The notes: generated by a model from the sequence alone, not told the origin. A DNA stretch of 51,484 nucleotides from a bacterium (GCA_024711065.1 JANJTN010000128.1:1-51484), one strand, 5' to 3'; shown: positions 1 through 10,402, counted from the stretch's first letter. Numbers and translations are program-made.

Positions 1-336
1 GGGCACACCGGACGGCATCTGCACGATACTCAGCAACGAATCGAGTCCCTTGAGCTGCTTGGTCGGTATCGGCACTCCGATCACCGGCAGCGGCGAGAAC
101 GACGCCAGCATGCCCGGAAGGTGTGCGGCTCCACCAGCACCCGCAATGATGATCTTCAGTCCACGGCTGTGTGCCGAAGTGCCGTACTCGGCCATGTCGG
201 CGGGTGTACGATGTGCGCTGACCACGCGGATCTCGTACGGGATGCCGAACTCTTCACAGACGTCTGCGGCCTCTCGCATCACGGGCAGGTCGGAGTCGCT
301 GCCCATCACAATGCCGATCACAGGTTGCGTGTTCAT
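1..336 (-). CDS. purE: N5-carboxyaminoimidazole ribonucleotide mutase PurE (3' end runs off window)
   Basis: Not in ORF track. Manual translation from ATG 336 gives [20 protein letters not shown]...VVSAHRTP...[17 protein letters not shown]...PVIGVP...[16 protein letters not shown], the PurE signature motifs. ATGA overlap with the yihA stop. Confidence 0.95.
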   Translation of the reverse strand, partial: MNTQPVIGIVMGSDSDLPVMREAADVCEEFGIPYEIRVVSAHRTPADMAEYGTSAHSRGLKIIIAGAGGAAHLPGMLASFSPLPVIGVPIPTKQLKGLDSLLSIVQMPSGVP

Positions 337-950
337 GATGCTGTCTCGATGAACTGATGGCTCAATCGTTTCATGATCCCGATGAGCTGGCTGCGCCCGT
401 CACCGGTCTTACTGGAGGTTGCGATGATGTCCACCACATGCTGGCAGTTGGACAAAAGGAACTGGTACTCCTTAACGCGTTCGGAAACCGCACCGTCTTT
501 GCGCTTGTCGCACTTGGTGAGTACCACCACATAGGGTCTGCCGGCGAACTCCAGTTCCTCGATCATGGCCAGGTCGATGGCCATGGGATCGTGGCGAGAG
601 TCTACCAACACCATCACGCCGGCCAGGTTCTCACGCTGCAGGAGGTAGGCCTTGATCAACTCCGAGAACTGCTCACGCTTCCCTTTGCTCACCTTGGCAT
701 AGCCATAGCCGGGAAGGTCTACCAAACCAAAGCCGGCATCGGTCGCAAAGAAGTTGATCTCCTGGGTCTTGCCCGGAGTATTCGATACGCGCGCCAGGTT
801 GCCATGGCGTACGATGGTATTGATCAGCGACGACTTCCCGACGTTGGAACGTCCGATCATCGCGATCTCCGGCGCACTCGACGGAGGGAACTGGTCGGGC
901 TTGACCGCTCCCGTGGCAAAAACCGCTTCGATGTGCTGCTCGTGTGCCAT
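333..950 (-). CDS. yihA: Ribosome biogenesis GTP-binding protein YihA/YsxC (EngB)
   Basis: [37 protein letters not shown] and TKCD motifs. Confidence 0.95.
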   Translation of the reverse strand: MAHEQHIEAVFATGAVKPDQFPPSSAPEIAMIGRSNVGKSSLINTIVRHGNLARVSNTPGKTQEINFFATDAGFGLVDLPGYGYAKVSKGKREQFSELIKAYLLQRENLAGVMVLVDSRHDPMAIDLAMIEELEFAGRPYVVVLTKCDKRKDGAVSERVKEYQFLLSNCQHVVDIIATSSKTGDGRSQLIGIMKRLSHQFIETAS

Positions 951-965
951 GTTAGGGGGCTTTCC

Positions 966-1001
966 AAAAACGAAAACGCCGGACGCTGAACGTCCGGCGT
1001 T
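966..1001 (-). terminator. Rho-independent terminator downstream of rplQ
   Basis: 11-bp stem AACGCCGGACG/CGTCCGGCGTT, 5-nt loop, followed on the minus strand by TTCGTTTTT. Confidence 0.85.
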
Positions 1002-1023
1002 AATTCGACCGATCGTTCAGCGA

Positions 1024-1662
1024 TCAGTCCTGCTTCTCTTCGTCTGCTGCGGCTTCGTCTGCCGCCGGTGCGTCCGTAGTCTCCGGTGCTTCGGCAGCAG
1101 CCTCAGCAACCGGGGTCTCTTCGGTCACATCCTCAACGACGTCCTCTGCCACCTCTTCAGCCACCGGAGCAGCTGCCGGCTTGGCAGCTTTCGGAGCGGC
1201 CATCGGCTTCGGCTTGACCGGCTTGGCAGCCTTGCGCGTCTTGGACGTCACGCGGCCATCCTGCGGATTGGACCAGTCCACCAGCTCGATCACAGCTTCG
1301 GGAGCCGTGTCGCCGCGGCGATTACCGAGCTTGGTGATGCGAGTGTAGCCACCTGGTCGCTCAGCCACGGCCGGAGCGATCGTATCGAACAGCTCCTGCA
1401 GTACAGCCTTGTTGCGAATAAAGCGGCCAACCATACGGCGGCTGTGGACATCCACGCCTGTGATGGTACCCGACTTCTCGGCCAGGTGGGCATTCTTGGC
1501 ACGTGTAATGAGTTGCTCGGCGAACGGACGGAGCTCCTTGGCCTTGGCAACGGTGGTCACCAGTTTCTTGTGCTCAAAGAGCGACGTGGCCAGGTTCACC
1601 ATCAAGGCGCGCTTGTGGCTTGCCGTGCGCTTCAGCTTACGTCCGCTGTAATTGTGTCTCAT
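1024..1662 (-). CDS. rplQ: 50S ribosomal protein L17 with Lys/Ala/Glu-rich C-terminal tail
   Basis: MRH..GRKLKRTASHKRAL, TTVAKAKELR, RPGGYTRITKLGNRRGD; follows rpoA. Confidence 0.97.
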   Translation of the reverse strand: MRHNYSGRKLKRTASHKRALMVNLATSLFEHKKLVTTVAKAKELRPFAEQLITRAKNAHLAEKSGTITGVDVHSRRMVGRFIRNKAVLQELFDTIAPAVAERPGGYTRITKLGNRRGDTAPEAVIELVDWSNPQDGRVTSKTRKAAKPVKPKPMAAPKAAKPAAAPVAEEVAEDVVEDVTEETPVAEAAAEAPETTDAPAADEAAADEEKQD

Positions 1663-1683
1663 GATCCTTGATCCTTTTCTCGC

Positions 1684-2688
1684 TTACTCGCTTGCTTTCG
1701 GTTCATCCTGCAGATATGGCGACACGTCCATGCCGAACGTCAGGCCATTCTGATATACTACGTCCGTGAGTTCAGCCAGCGACTTGCGGCCGAAGTTCCG
1801 GAATTTCAGCAGGTCGGTTTCCTGCAGCGCCACCAGGTCGGCCAGCGTCTTGATGCTGGCAGCCTTCAGGCAGTTGTGGGCACGAACGCTCAGTTCCAGC
1901 TCGTCCACCGGCTGCACCAGGATCCGGCGGATCCGTTGACGCTCACGCTCGGCTTCGGAGTCCGTGGCTGTGTCGCGAGCCGAATCGACCGATTCCTGCG
2001 GCGCAGCGCCGAGGAACAGCGCCACGTGCTGGCGGAAGATGTCGGCAGCATGCTGCACAGCTTCCTGAGCCGTGATCGAACCATCCGTCCGTACGTTCAG
2101 CGTCAGCTTCTCATAGTCTGTCTTCTGTCCCACACGGAACGGCTCTACGTTGTAGACCACGTTCACGATCGGGGTATAGATGGCGTCGATCGGAAGCATG
2201 CCAACCGGGAAGTCCGTGGTAGCATGATCCTCACTAGGCACGTAGCCTTTGCCACGGCCGATGCGCAGTTCGACGTCGAAGTCGGCATCATCGGCTAGGT
2301 GAGCGATCACCTTCTTCGGGTCCAGCACTTCGATCTCCGGCGAGGCCTTGCCGATCTCGGCGGCGGTCCACGTTCCTCCACCCTTCACACGGAACGAGAT
2401 CCGGTTGGGCATTTTCTTGTCGAGAATGCGCAACCGTACTTCCTTCAGGTTAAGGATCACTTCCGTCATGTCTTCCACGACGCCGGGAATGGTCTGAAAC
2501 TCATGAAGAACGTCGCTGATCTTCACGCCGATGATGGCACTGCCAGGGATCGACGAGAGCAGCACTCGACGGAAGGCATTGCCGATCGTCACGCCATAGC
2601 CTTCCTCGAGAGGATTGAGCGTCAGCGTTGCATGAAACGGCGATCCCAGTTCTTCGACGATCACGCCGTCGGGCATCTGCATCTGCAT
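1684..2688 (-). CDS. rpoA: RNA polymerase subunit alpha
   Basis: GYGVTIGNAFRRVLLSSIPG, LHEFQTIPGVVED, LELSVRAHNCLK, KFRNFGRKSL. Confidence 0.98.
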   Translation of the reverse strand: MQMQMPDGVIVEELGSPFHATLTLNPLEEGYGVTIGNAFRRVLLSSIPGSAIIGVKISDVLHEFQTIPGVVEDMTEVILNLKEVRLRILDKKMPNRISFRVKGGGTWTAAEIGKASPEIEVLDPKKVIAHLADDADFDVELRIGRGKGYVPSEDHATTDFPVGMLPIDAIYTPIVNVVYNVEPFRVGQKTDYEKLTLNVRTDGSITAQEAVQHAADIFRQHVALFLGAAPQESVDSARDTATDSEAERERQRIRRILVQPVDELELSVRAHNCLKAASIKTLADLVALQETDLLKFRNFGRKSLAELTDVVYQNGLTFGMDVSPYLQDEPKASE

Positions 2689-2794
2689 GTTCTTGGCCTC
2701 TTTGTGTTCTAATAGTCGTTGGTAGGGTCCACGATCGAAGCCGACCCACGCCGCGATGGCGCAGTCGGAACCGATCAGGTTCAGCTTGATCCGA

Positions 2795-3181
2795 TCAGAC
2801 GCGGCGACGCTTCGGCGGGCGGCATCCGTTGTGCGGAAGCGGTGTGCGATCGGTGATCGACAGTACTTCCAGACCGGCGGCCGTAAGAGCGCGGATAGCG
2901 GCTTCCCGACCCGAACCAGGGCCGCGAACTACGACGTCTACCTTCCGCAGACCCATTTCGTGGGCCGTACGGGCGGCTTTGTCGGCCGACACCTGCGAGG
3001 CGTACGGAGTATTCTTCTTCGATCCACGGAAGCCGTTCTTGCCTGCCGACGACCACGCGAGCGTGTTGCCGTAGGTGTCCGTGATCGTCACGATCACGTT
3101 GTTGAACGTAGCACGGACGAAGGCCTTGCCGTGTACATCGGCAACGATCTTCCGCTTGACGCGTTTTTTGGCTGCAGCCAT
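2795..3181 (-). CDS. rpsK: 30S ribosomal protein S11
   Basis: [40 protein letters not shown]. Confidence 0.98.
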   Translation of the reverse strand: MAAAKKRVKRKIVADVHGKAFVRATFNNVIVTITDTYGNTLAWSSAGKNGFRGSKKNTPYASQVSADKAARTAHEMGLRKVDVVVRGPGSGREAAIRALTAAGLEVLSITDRTPLPHNGCRPPKRRRV

Positions 3182-3233
3182 GATCTTCTCGTTCCTTTCT
3201 GTTCCAGCGGGGCAGTGCCCCGAAGTTCAATGC

Positions 3234-3611
3234 TTACTTACGTGCTGCCTTCTTCTTACCGGCAACGGTCTTCCGCTTGCCCTTACGGGTACGAGCGTTG
3301 GTGCTGGTACGCTGACCGCGCACCGGCAGTCCGCGACGATGGCGCAGACCGCGATAGCAGCCAATGTCCATCAGGCGCTTGATATTCAGCTGCACTTCCG
3401 AGCGCAACTGACCTTCGGTCTTGTAATCGCCGATCACCTGACGAATGCGTGCGACCTCGTCGTCGGTCCAGTCGTTCACACGCTTCGTCGGATCCATACC
3501 GGCCTTATCGAGCACTTGCTTACTCGAGGTCGGTCCGATCCCGAAAATGTAGGTGAGCGCGACCAGGCCGCGCTTGTTCTTCGGCAGATCGACTCCTGCA
3601 ATTCGAGCCAC
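3234..3611 (-). CDS. rpsM: 30S ribosomal protein S13
   Basis: [38 protein letters not shown]; GTG start. Confidence 0.98.
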   Translation of the reverse strand: MARIAGVDLPKNKRGLVALTYIFGIGPTSSKQVLDKAGMDPTKRVNDWTDDEVARIRQVIGDYKTEGQLRSEVQLNIKRLMDIGCYRGLRHRRGLPVRGQRTSTNARTRKGKRKTVAGKKKAARK

Positions 3612-3626
3612 TGTGATTCTCCTCGA

Positions 3627-3743
3627 TTAGCCTTGACGTTGTTTGGTGCGGGGATTCTTCTTGTTGATCACGTAGACCTTCCCCTTGCGGCGGACGATCT
3701 TGTCCTCCGGGCTACGCTTCTTCACTGATGCCTGTACTTTCAT
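3627..3743 (-). CDS. rpmJ: 50S ribosomal protein L36 (Cys-free form)
   Basis: Below the ORF-track cutoff. Manual translation [38 protein letters not shown], in the canonical position between infA and rpsM. Confidence 0.95.
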   Translation of the reverse strand: MKVQASVKKRSPEDKIVRRKGKVYVINKKNPRTKQRQG

Positions 3744-3796
3744 GTCTATTCTCCGGTCGTGGGGCGTTGGAAAGCCCCTTTCACAAATTCATTCGT

Positions 3797-4015
3797 TCAC
3801 TTGTAGCGATACACGATGCGCCCTTTGGACAGATCGTAGGGCGACATCTCCACGGTTACCTTGTCTCCGCGAAAGATCTTGATGAAGTGCATCCGCATCT
3901 TGCCCGAAACGTGCGCCAGGATCTCGTGTCCGTTCTCCAGCTCTACAATGAAGCGCGTGTTCGGCAGCGCCTCTTTGATCGTTCCATCTACGCGAATGAC
4001 ATCGGTCTTACCCAT
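3797..4015 (-). CDS. infA: Translation initiation factor IF-1
   Basis: [54 protein letters not shown]. Confidence 0.98.
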   Translation of the reverse strand: MGKTDVIRVDGTIKEALPNTRFIVELENGHEILAHVSGKMRMHFIKIFRGDKVTVEMSPYDLSKGRIVYRYK

Positions 4016-4027
4016 ACGTTCCTACCA

Positions 4028-4825
4028 CTACATTTCCGTGAGGACCATCGGTGTGTTCCCATTGATCACCACCGTATGCTCGAAGTGTGCCGACGGCTTG
4101 CCGTCAGCTGTATACACCGTCCACCCATCACTCGCCGTATGCACCTGGAACATGCCCATGTTGACCATCGGCTCGATGGCCAGCGCCATGCCGTTCCGCA
4201 AGCGCGCATTCGGATATCGCGACCGGTGTAGCAATCCCGGGACGAAATTGGGGACAGGGGGCTCTTCATGCAGGTGACGGCCAATGCCGTGACCTACCAG
4301 CTCCCGGACCACCGAGAATCCTTGCTTTTCAACACACGTCTGGACGGCCTTTGCGATATCATACACCCGCTGGCCCTCCACGGCCTGTTCGATGCCTAGC
4401 CGGAGAGACTCCTGCGTGGCGTCGAGCAGACGCTGTTTGTCGGTCGAGATCTCCCCTACGGCGAACGTAAAGGCACTGTCGCCGAAGAATCCATCCAGTT
4501 GGACCCCGCAGTCGACCGAAACGATCTGACCTTCCTTCAGCATGCGCGAACCCGGCATGCCGTGAACCACTTCCTCATCGATACTGATGCAGAGCGACGA
4601 AGGGAACACGCGGCCGTCGACCACATACCCCTTGAACGCCGGAACGCCATTGCGCGTGCGGATAAAGTCCTCCGCGATCGCGTCCAGCTCGCGCGTCGTA
4701 ACACCGGGAGCAATGTGCTTCCCGACCTCGGCAAGGGTATCGGCCACGATGCGGCAAGCCGCTTCGATCTTTCCGACATCCTCGGCCGTGTGAACGACCG
4801 CCATCGTATCTGCAACAGCCATCAC
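4028..4825 (-). CDS. map: Type I methionine aminopeptidase
   Basis: CISIDEEVVHG, VSVDCGV..DGFFGDSA, GHGIGRHLHEEP, AIEPM, SAHFEHT. Confidence 0.96.
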   Translation of the reverse strand: MMAVADTMAVVHTAEDVGKIEAACRIVADTLAEVGKHIAPGVTTRELDAIAEDFIRTRNGVPAFKGYVVDGRVFPSSLCISIDEEVVHGMPGSRMLKEGQIVSVDCGVQLDGFFGDSAFTFAVGEISTDKQRLLDATQESLRLGIEQAVEGQRVYDIAKAVQTCVEKQGFSVVRELVGHGIGRHLHEEPPVPNFVPGLLHRSRYPNARLRNGMALAIEPMVNMGMFQVHTASDGWTVYTADGKPSAHFEHTVVINGNTPMVLTEM

Positions 4826-6180
4826 TGTCCAGACATTGCCCCGGCCCGGCCGCTGATCTTACCGGTCTTCATGAAGCCGTCGTAGTGACGCATCAAGAGA
4901 TAGGATTCGATCTGCTGCAGCGTGTCGAGGGCAACACCCACGATAATGAGAAGACTGGTTCCGCCAAAGAACGACGCGAACACCGGAGGCACCTGCAACA
5001 CATTCATGGCGAACGTCGGCAGAATTGCCACGATCGCCAGGAAGATGGCGCCCGGAAGGGTGATCCGCGTAAGAATATTCTCGATGTAATTGGCCGTATT
5101 CGCTCCTGGGCTGATGCCCGGAATGAAACCACCATTGCGCTTCATATTGTCGGCCACTTCCTTCGGGTTGAAAGCGATAGCCGTGTAGAAGTACGTAAAG
5201 AACAGGATCATCGTACCATACGTCAGAGCATACCATACGGAGCGCTCGCTGAAGACGTTGGCAAATCCCTGCCAGAACTGACTTTCCGGGAAGAACGAAG
5301 CGATCGTTGCCGGAACGAACAGGATGGACTGGGCGAAGATGATCGGCATCACACCGGCGGTGTTCACGCGCAGTGGGATGTACTGCATCGAACCACCATA
5401 CACCTTGCGGCCGACCTGGCGCTTCGCATACTGGACCGGGATCCTACGAGCCCCTTGCGTAACAAGGATCACCGCAGCGATGATACCAGCCAGCAACACC
5501 AGAAGCACCACATCTACCACCAGGTTCCGAGAACCGGCGTTGATCAGCGTGAACTCCTGGCTCACAGCCGTGGGGAAGCGCGCGATGATACCGATCATAA
5601 TGATCAGGGAGATACCGTTGCCGATGCCACGGTCGGTGATCTGCTCGCCGATCCACATCAGACCCACCGTGCCGGCCGTCATGATCAGGATCACAGACAG
5701 CGTCCAGAACAGTCCGGCATCCGGCACCACGGAAGCACCGCCGGCACCCACTGTGGTCTGGGCGATCTTGATCGACACGCCCCAGGCCTGCAAAGCCGCC
5801 AGAAACACCGTCAGCACACGTGTGTACTGATTGATCTTGCGTCGTCCGTCCTCACCTTCGCGTTGCAGCTTCTGCAGTTCCGGCAACACAACGCCGGCGA
5901 TCTGCAGGATGATGCTCGCGGAGATGTACGGCATGATGCCCAGAGCAAAGACTGCTGCGTTGGAGAACGCGCCCCCAACGAACATGTCGTACAAGCCGAA
6001 GATCGTGCCACTGTCTCCACCCATGCTCGACGCGGCCGTGAGCATTTCGACGTTCACGCCCGGGATCGTGATGAACGATCCCACACGCACGGCGATCAGG
6101 GCAACGAGCGTGAACAGCAATCGCTGACGCAGCTCGTCGATCTTCCAGATGTTCCGTACTGTGGTGATGAGGTTAGCCAT
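4822..6180 (-). CDS. secY: Preprotein translocase subunit SecY
   Basis: FALGIMPYISASII, GIGNGISLII, GVMPIIFA, GGFIPGI, FGGTSLLIIVGVALD. Confidence 0.98.
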   Translation of the reverse strand: MANLITTVRNIWKIDELRQRLLFTLVALIAVRVGSFITIPGVNVEMLTAASSMGGDSGTIFGLYDMFVGGAFSNAAVFALGIMPYISASIILQIAGVVLPELQKLQREGEDGRRKINQYTRVLTVFLAALQAWGVSIKIAQTTVGAGGASVVPDAGLFWTLSVILIMTAGTVGLMWIGEQITDRGIGNGISLIIMIGIIARFPTAVSQEFTLINAGSRNLVVDVVLLVLLAGIIAAVILVTQGARRIPVQYAKRQVGRKVYGGSMQYIPLRVNTAGVMPIIFAQSILFVPATIASFFPESQFWQGFANVFSERSVWYALTYGTMILFFTYFYTAIAFNPKEVADNMKRNGGFIPGISPGANTANYIENILTRITLPGAIFLAIVAILPTFAMNVLQVPPVFASFFGGTSLLIIVGVALDTLQQIESYLLMRHYDGFMKTGKISGRAGAMSGQ

Positions 6181-6634
6181 TGATGGTAACTGCCCCTCCA
6201 GCAGACTCGATCTTTGCCTTGGCCGACTCGGAGACCTTGTCGACCGCTACCGTGAGCTTCGCCGACAGCTCGCCATTGCCAAGCACCTTGATCGGCACCG
6301 AGCGCTTGCTGACGGCGCCGGTCTTGTAGAGCACGTCGTTGTTCACGATGCCATCGGACAGGCGACCTTCATCCACCAGACGCTGCAGCGTTGCTACGTT
6401 CACCACCTGGTGATCGATCCGGTTGATGTTGGTGAAGCCGAACTTCGGCACCCGGCGAGACAACGGCATCTGGCCGCCCTCGAACGAACGCTTACGGCTG
6501 TAGCCGCTGCGCGACTGGGCACCCTTGTGACCACGCGTGGAGGTTCCACCGTGACCCGAGCCGGCACCACGGCCAACGCGCTTCTTCTTGTGTCGCGACC
6601 CTGGGGCCGGCGAAAGATTACCAATGTGTTTCAT
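6173..6634 (-). CDS. rplO: 50S ribosomal protein L15
   Basis: RVGRGAGSGHGGTSTRGHKGAQSRSG, FEGGQMPL.RRVPKFGF. Confidence 0.98.
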   Translation of the reverse strand: MKHIGNLSPAPGSRHKKKRVGRGAGSGHGGTSTRGHKGAQSRSGYSRKRSFEGGQMPLSRRVPKFGFTNINRIDHQVVNVATLQRLVDEGRLSDGIVNNDVLYKTGAVSKRSVPIKVLGNGELSAKLTVAVDKVSESAKAKIESAGGAVTING

Positions 6635-6642
6635 GTTCTGCC

Positions 6643-6828
6643 TCAGTCTTCCACTTCTTCGACGTTCACGAGGTGCCGTACGGCATTCACCATGCCAAGG
6701 ATCTGTGCGTTCTTCGGCTTGATGGTCGTATAGTTCGGACGCCCCAGGCCAAGAGCCTTGATCGTCGCCTTGTGCTTTTCAATGGCGCCAATAGCGCTCT
6801 TGATCTGCGTGATCTTCAGTTTCATCAC
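6643..6828 (-). CDS. rpmD: 50S ribosomal protein L30
   Basis: LKITQIKSAIG..HKATIKALGL..GMVNAVRHLV; spc operon position. Confidence 0.95.
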   Translation of the reverse strand: MMKLKITQIKSAIGAIEKHKATIKALGLGRPNYTTIKPKNAQILGMVNAVRHLVNVEEVED

Positions 6829-6844
6829 TTCTCCTTGCGTGGCC

Positions 6845-7348
6845 TTAGCCGTTCAGTACCTTATCAATGCTGACACCGCGGCGGGAAGCCACGGAGGCAA
6901 CGTCCTCCAGCTGCTGCAGCGCATTCATCGCAGCCTTTACCGTGTTGTGGGGGTTGGACGAGCCCATCGACTTCGTCAGCACGTCCTTCACGCCAGCCAA
7001 TTCAAGGATGGCACGCACCCCACCGGCGGCGATCACACCGGTACCAGGGGTAGCCGGACGGATCAGCACCTTGGCAGCACCAAAACGGCCGATCACCTCG
7101 TGCGGGATCGTGCCATTCTGCACACGAACCTTCACCACGGCCTTCTTGGCAGCGTCGGTGGCTTTGGTCACGGCATCCGATACTTCACCGGCTTTGCCAA
7201 GACCGTAGCCTACATGCCCCTCTTCGTCGCCAACGATCACGATGGCGGAGAAGTTGAATCGACGTCCACCCTTCACCACCTTCGCCGTACGGCCAACGTA
7301 GACGATCTTGTCCTTCAGGTTCAGGTCAGAGAGTTTTTGCTTTGCCAC
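6845..7348 (-). CDS. rpsE: 30S ribosomal protein S5
   Basis: [41 protein letters not shown]. Confidence 0.98.
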   Translation of the reverse strand: MAKQKLSDLNLKDKIVYVGRTAKVVKGGRRFNFSAIVIVGDEEGHVGYGLGKAGEVSDAVTKATDAAKKAVVKVRVQNGTIPHEVIGRFGAAKVLIRPATPGTGVIAAGGVRAILELAGVKDVLTKSMGSSNPHNTVKAAMNALQQLEDVASVASRRGVSIDKVLNG

Positions 7349-7374
7349 GTAAATCTTCTCCAGTTTCTATCGTA

Positions 7375-7746
7375 TTAGAAGTCCAGTCCGCCTTCGCGCG
7401 CAGCTTCTGCCAGCGCCTTGATGCGGCCGTGATACAGGAATCCGTTCCGGTCGAAGGCAACGGTGCCCACCTTGGCGCTCTTGGCGCGCTCGGCCAACAC
7501 CTGACCGACCAGCTTGCACTTGTCGGACTTGGTCATGCCGCCAGCGAACTTGGCCTTCACTTCCCGATCGGTGGTTGAGGCCGACGCGATCGTGCGGGCA
7601 GTGGTGTCGTCGATGATCTGCGCGTAAATGTGTTCCGCAGAGCGGAACACGGTCAGGCGCGGACGCTCCGGAGTTCCCGTGATGTTCTTGCGTACGCGGC
7701 GATTGCGACGCTCGTAACGCTTGTTCTTGAGTGCGATGCGATTCAT
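7375..7746 (-). CDS. rplR: 50S ribosomal protein L18
   Basis: [42 protein letters not shown]. Confidence 0.98.
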   Translation of the reverse strand: MNRIALKNKRYERRNRRVRKNITGTPERPRLTVFRSAEHIYAQIIDDTTARTIASASTTDREVKAKFAGGMTKSDKCKLVGQVLAERAKSAKVGTVAFDRNGFLYHGRIKALAEAAREGGLDF

Positions 7747-7763
7747 TGTCTACTGATCCTTCC

Positions 7764-8303
7764 TTACTTACCGGCAGCCTTACCGGCCTTACGGCGGATG
7801 TATTCACCTTGATAACGAACGCCTTTGCCTTTGTACGGCTCCGGCTTGCGCTGGGAGCGGACCAGAGCGGCTACCTGTCCAACCAGCTGCTTGTCGATCC
7901 CCTTTACCACCATTGTCGTCGGTCCGTTGACCGCGAACTCGATACCATCCGGCGGCAAGAAAAAGATCGGGTGCGAATAGCCCAGGTTCAGAACGAGGTT
8001 CTTGCCTCGCATCTCCACCTTGTAGCCGACACCTTCTACCTGCAGGGCCTTCTCGAATCCCTTCGAAACGCCCTCTACCATCCAGGCGATCCGGGCACGA
8101 GTGGCGCCATGCATGGCACGCGTGTCCTTGTTGTCGTTCGCACGGCTAAAGGTCAGCGTGTCACCATCCATCGCTGGAATGATGCGCGTATCCATCGGGA
8201 ACGTGAGTTGTCCCTTCGGGCCCTTCACCGTACATACCCCGTCGCTGAACGTCACCTGGACGCCGCTCGGGATCGAAATTGCCTTGTTACCTACACGTGA
8301 CAT
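7764..8303 (-). CDS. rplF: 50S ribosomal protein L6
   Basis: MSRVGNKAI, VKGPKG, RKPEPYKGKGVRY. Confidence 0.98.
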   Translation of the reverse strand: MSRVGNKAISIPSGVQVTFSDGVCTVKGPKGQLTFPMDTRIIPAMDGDTLTFSRANDNKDTRAMHGATRARIAWMVEGVSKGFEKALQVEGVGYKVEMRGKNLVLNLGYSHPIFFLPPDGIEFAVNGPTTMVVKGIDKQLVGQVAALVRSQRKPEPYKGKGVRYQGEYIRRKAGKAAGK

Positions 8304-8329
8304 GTTCTCTGTCTCCTTGCTCTCGGTCG

Positions 8330-8725
8330 TTACCAGATCGTACAGATGATCTCACCGCCCACATTCTCGCGGCGAGCCTGCTTGTCGGACATCACCCCAC
8401 GCGGCGTGGAAATGATGGCCACACCAAGGCCGTTCCGTACGCGCGGAAGGTTGTCTACTCCGGCATACACGCGCCGACCCGGCTTGCTCACACGGCGGAT
8501 CTCTCGGATCACCGGCTGTCCGTAGTAGTAGCGCAGCTTCACCTGCAGGGTGCCCTGCGGGCCGTCGTCCTTGCGGGAGTAGTCGGCGATGAAGCCCTGA
8601 TCCTTCAAGATCTCCGCAATGGCCACCTTGATGTTAGAGGCCGGCACGTCGAAGGTCTTGTGCTTTGCCGCGGAGGCATTACGGATCCGCGTCAGAAAAT
8701 CTGCGATTGGGTCTGTGACTGGCAT
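8330..8725 (-). CDS. rpsH: 30S ribosomal protein S8
   Basis: TDPIADFLTRIRNA, SKPGRRVY, GLGVAIISTPRGVM. Confidence 0.98.
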   Translation of the reverse strand: MPVTDPIADFLTRIRNASAAKHKTFDVPASNIKVAIAEILKDQGFIADYSRKDDGPQGTLQVKLRYYYGQPVIREIRRVSKPGRRVYAGVDNLPRVRNGLGVAIISTPRGVMSDKQARRENVGGEIICTIW

Positions 8726-8766
8726 GGTTGTCTATCTATCGATGTGAAGTTGAAGGGGGCTCCGGA

Positions 8767-9036
8767 TCACCAGCTCGCCTTGCGCACTCCAGGGATCTTG
8801 CCCTCGAGCGCCAGCTGGCGGAACATATTCCGGCAGAGGCCGAACTTGCGATACACGCCACGTCCGCGACCGGTGACCAGGCACCGCTGACGGATCCTTG
8901 TCGGCGAGCTGTTGCGTGGCAGCTTTTGCAGACCGACCATATCGCCCGACTCTTTCAGTTCCTGCCGCTTCTGGGCATACTTCTCAGCGAGTCGGATTCG
9001 CTTCTGATTACGAGCAACGATGCTCTTCTTAGCCAT
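8767..9036 (-). CDS. rpsN: 30S ribosomal protein S14 (89-aa form without a complete Zn ribbon)
   Basis: [38 protein letters not shown]. Confidence 0.97.
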   Translation of the reverse strand: MAKKSIVARNQKRIRLAEKYAQKRQELKESGDMVGLQKLPRNSSPTRIRQRCLVTGRGRGVYRKFGLCRNMFRQLALEGKIPGVRKASW

Positions 9037-9053
9037 GGGTTAACCTCGTGTCC

Positions 9054-9677
9054 TTAGTCTCGTTTGCGGAAGGGAAAGCCGAACTCGGCCAGAAGTGCGT
9101 AGGCTTCTTCGTCGGTCTTGGCAGAGGTCACGAACGTGACGTCCATGCCAGAGATGCGGCTTACTTTGTCAACGTCGATCTCCGGGAAGATGATCTGCTC
9201 CTTCACGCCGATCGTGTAGTTGCCACGACCATCGAAGCTCTTGTCGGAGAACCCACGGAAGTCGCGGATCCGCGGAGCGGCGATATTGATGAAGCGGTCC
9301 AGGAATTCGAACATGTGAGCGCGACGCAGCGTAACACGTGCCCCGATCGGCATGCCTTCGCGCAACTTGAAGTTGGCGATCGACTTCCGAGCCCGCGTTA
9401 CTGCCGGGCGCTGACCAGTGATCAGCTCCAACTCGTTCATCGCGGATTGGAGCGCCTTGGCGTCCTGCGTGGCATCACCTGCACCGATGTTGATGGAGAT
9501 CTTCTCCAGCTTCGGCACCTGCATGATCGACTCATAACCGAACTTCTTCATCAGCGCCGGAACAACGTTCTCTTTGTAGAACGCCGACAACCGAGCCGGG
9601 ACCACCACGGTCTGGATATCCTCCAGACGGCGGCCTTCCGGTTTGAAATCGAACTTCTTCTGTACTGTCTTAGCCAT
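9054..9677 (-). CDS. rplE: 50S ribosomal protein L5 (N-terminal extension)
   Basis: [41 protein letters not shown]. Confidence 0.97.
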   Translation of the reverse strand: MAKTVQKKFDFKPEGRRLEDIQTVVVPARLSAFYKENVVPALMKKFGYESIMQVPKLEKISINIGAGDATQDAKALQSAMNELELITGQRPAVTRARKSIANFKLREGMPIGARVTLRRAHMFEFLDRFINIAAPRIRDFRGFSDKSFDGRGNYTIGVKEQIIFPEIDVDKVSRISGMDVTFVTSAKTDEEAYALLAEFGFPFRKRD

Positions 9678-9704
9678 GATTATGTGATCCTTGGGATCGG
9701 CGGA

Positions 9705-10028
9705 TTACAATTCCTCGTTCGTCGTCTTGGCGATGCGCTTCACCACCTTCTTCTCACCCGACACGGTACGCTCGTAGCGCACACGCGTCGTGTCGCCGTT
9801 CTTGTCCACCAACATCACGTTGGAGTAGTGGATCGGCGCCTCCTGCTGGTGGATTCCACCATTCGGATACTGCTGCGAGGGGCGCTGCGCCTTCGAGCGG
9901 AGGTTCACACCTTCCACCAGAACGGTCATCTTATTCGGATTGACCATCAGCACGCGTCCGGTCTCGCCCTTGTTGTTGCCAGCGATCACTTTTACGGTGT
10001 CGCCTTTTTTGATCTTGAGTTTCATCAT
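9705..10028 (-). CDS. rplX: 50S ribosomal protein L24
   Basis: KIKKGDTVKVIAG, EAPIHYSNV. Confidence 0.97.
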   Translation of the reverse strand: MMKLKIKKGDTVKVIAGNNKGETGRVLMVNPNKMTVLVEGVNLRSKAQRPSQQYPNGGIHQQEAPIHYSNVMLVDKNGDTTRVRYERTVSGEKKVVKRIAKTTNEEL

Positions 10029-10033
10029 CTACC

Positions 10034-10402
10034 TCAAAGCACCTCTGGAGCGAGGGATACGATCTTCATGAAGTTCTTCTCGCGCAATTCACGGGCAACC
10101 GGCCCGAAAATCCGCGTCCCGCGGGGGTCGTTGTTGTTGTTCAACACCACGGCAGCGTTCTCGTCGAATCGGATGTACGAGCCGTCACGGCGGCGCACTT
10201 CCTTCTTGGTCCGAACGATCACGGCCTTTACGACCTCGCCCTTCTTTACCGCTGCCTGCGGGAGGGCCGCCTTCACCGAGCATACCACGAGATCACCAAC
10301 GGAGGCGTACCGCTTCCCGTGTCCGCCGAGCACACGGATACAACGGAGGCGACGGGCGCCACTGTTATCCGCTACGACGAGATTGCTTTCTTCCTGGATC
10401 AT
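10034..10402 (-). CDS. rplN: 50S ribosomal protein L14
   Basis: [36 protein letters not shown]. Confidence 0.98.
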   Translation of the reverse strand: MIQEESNLVVADNSGARRLRCIRVLGGHGKRYASVGDLVVCSVKAALPQAAVKKGEVVKAVIVRTKKEVRRRDGSYIRFDENAAVVLNNNNDPRGTRIFGPVARELREKNFMKIVSLAPEVL

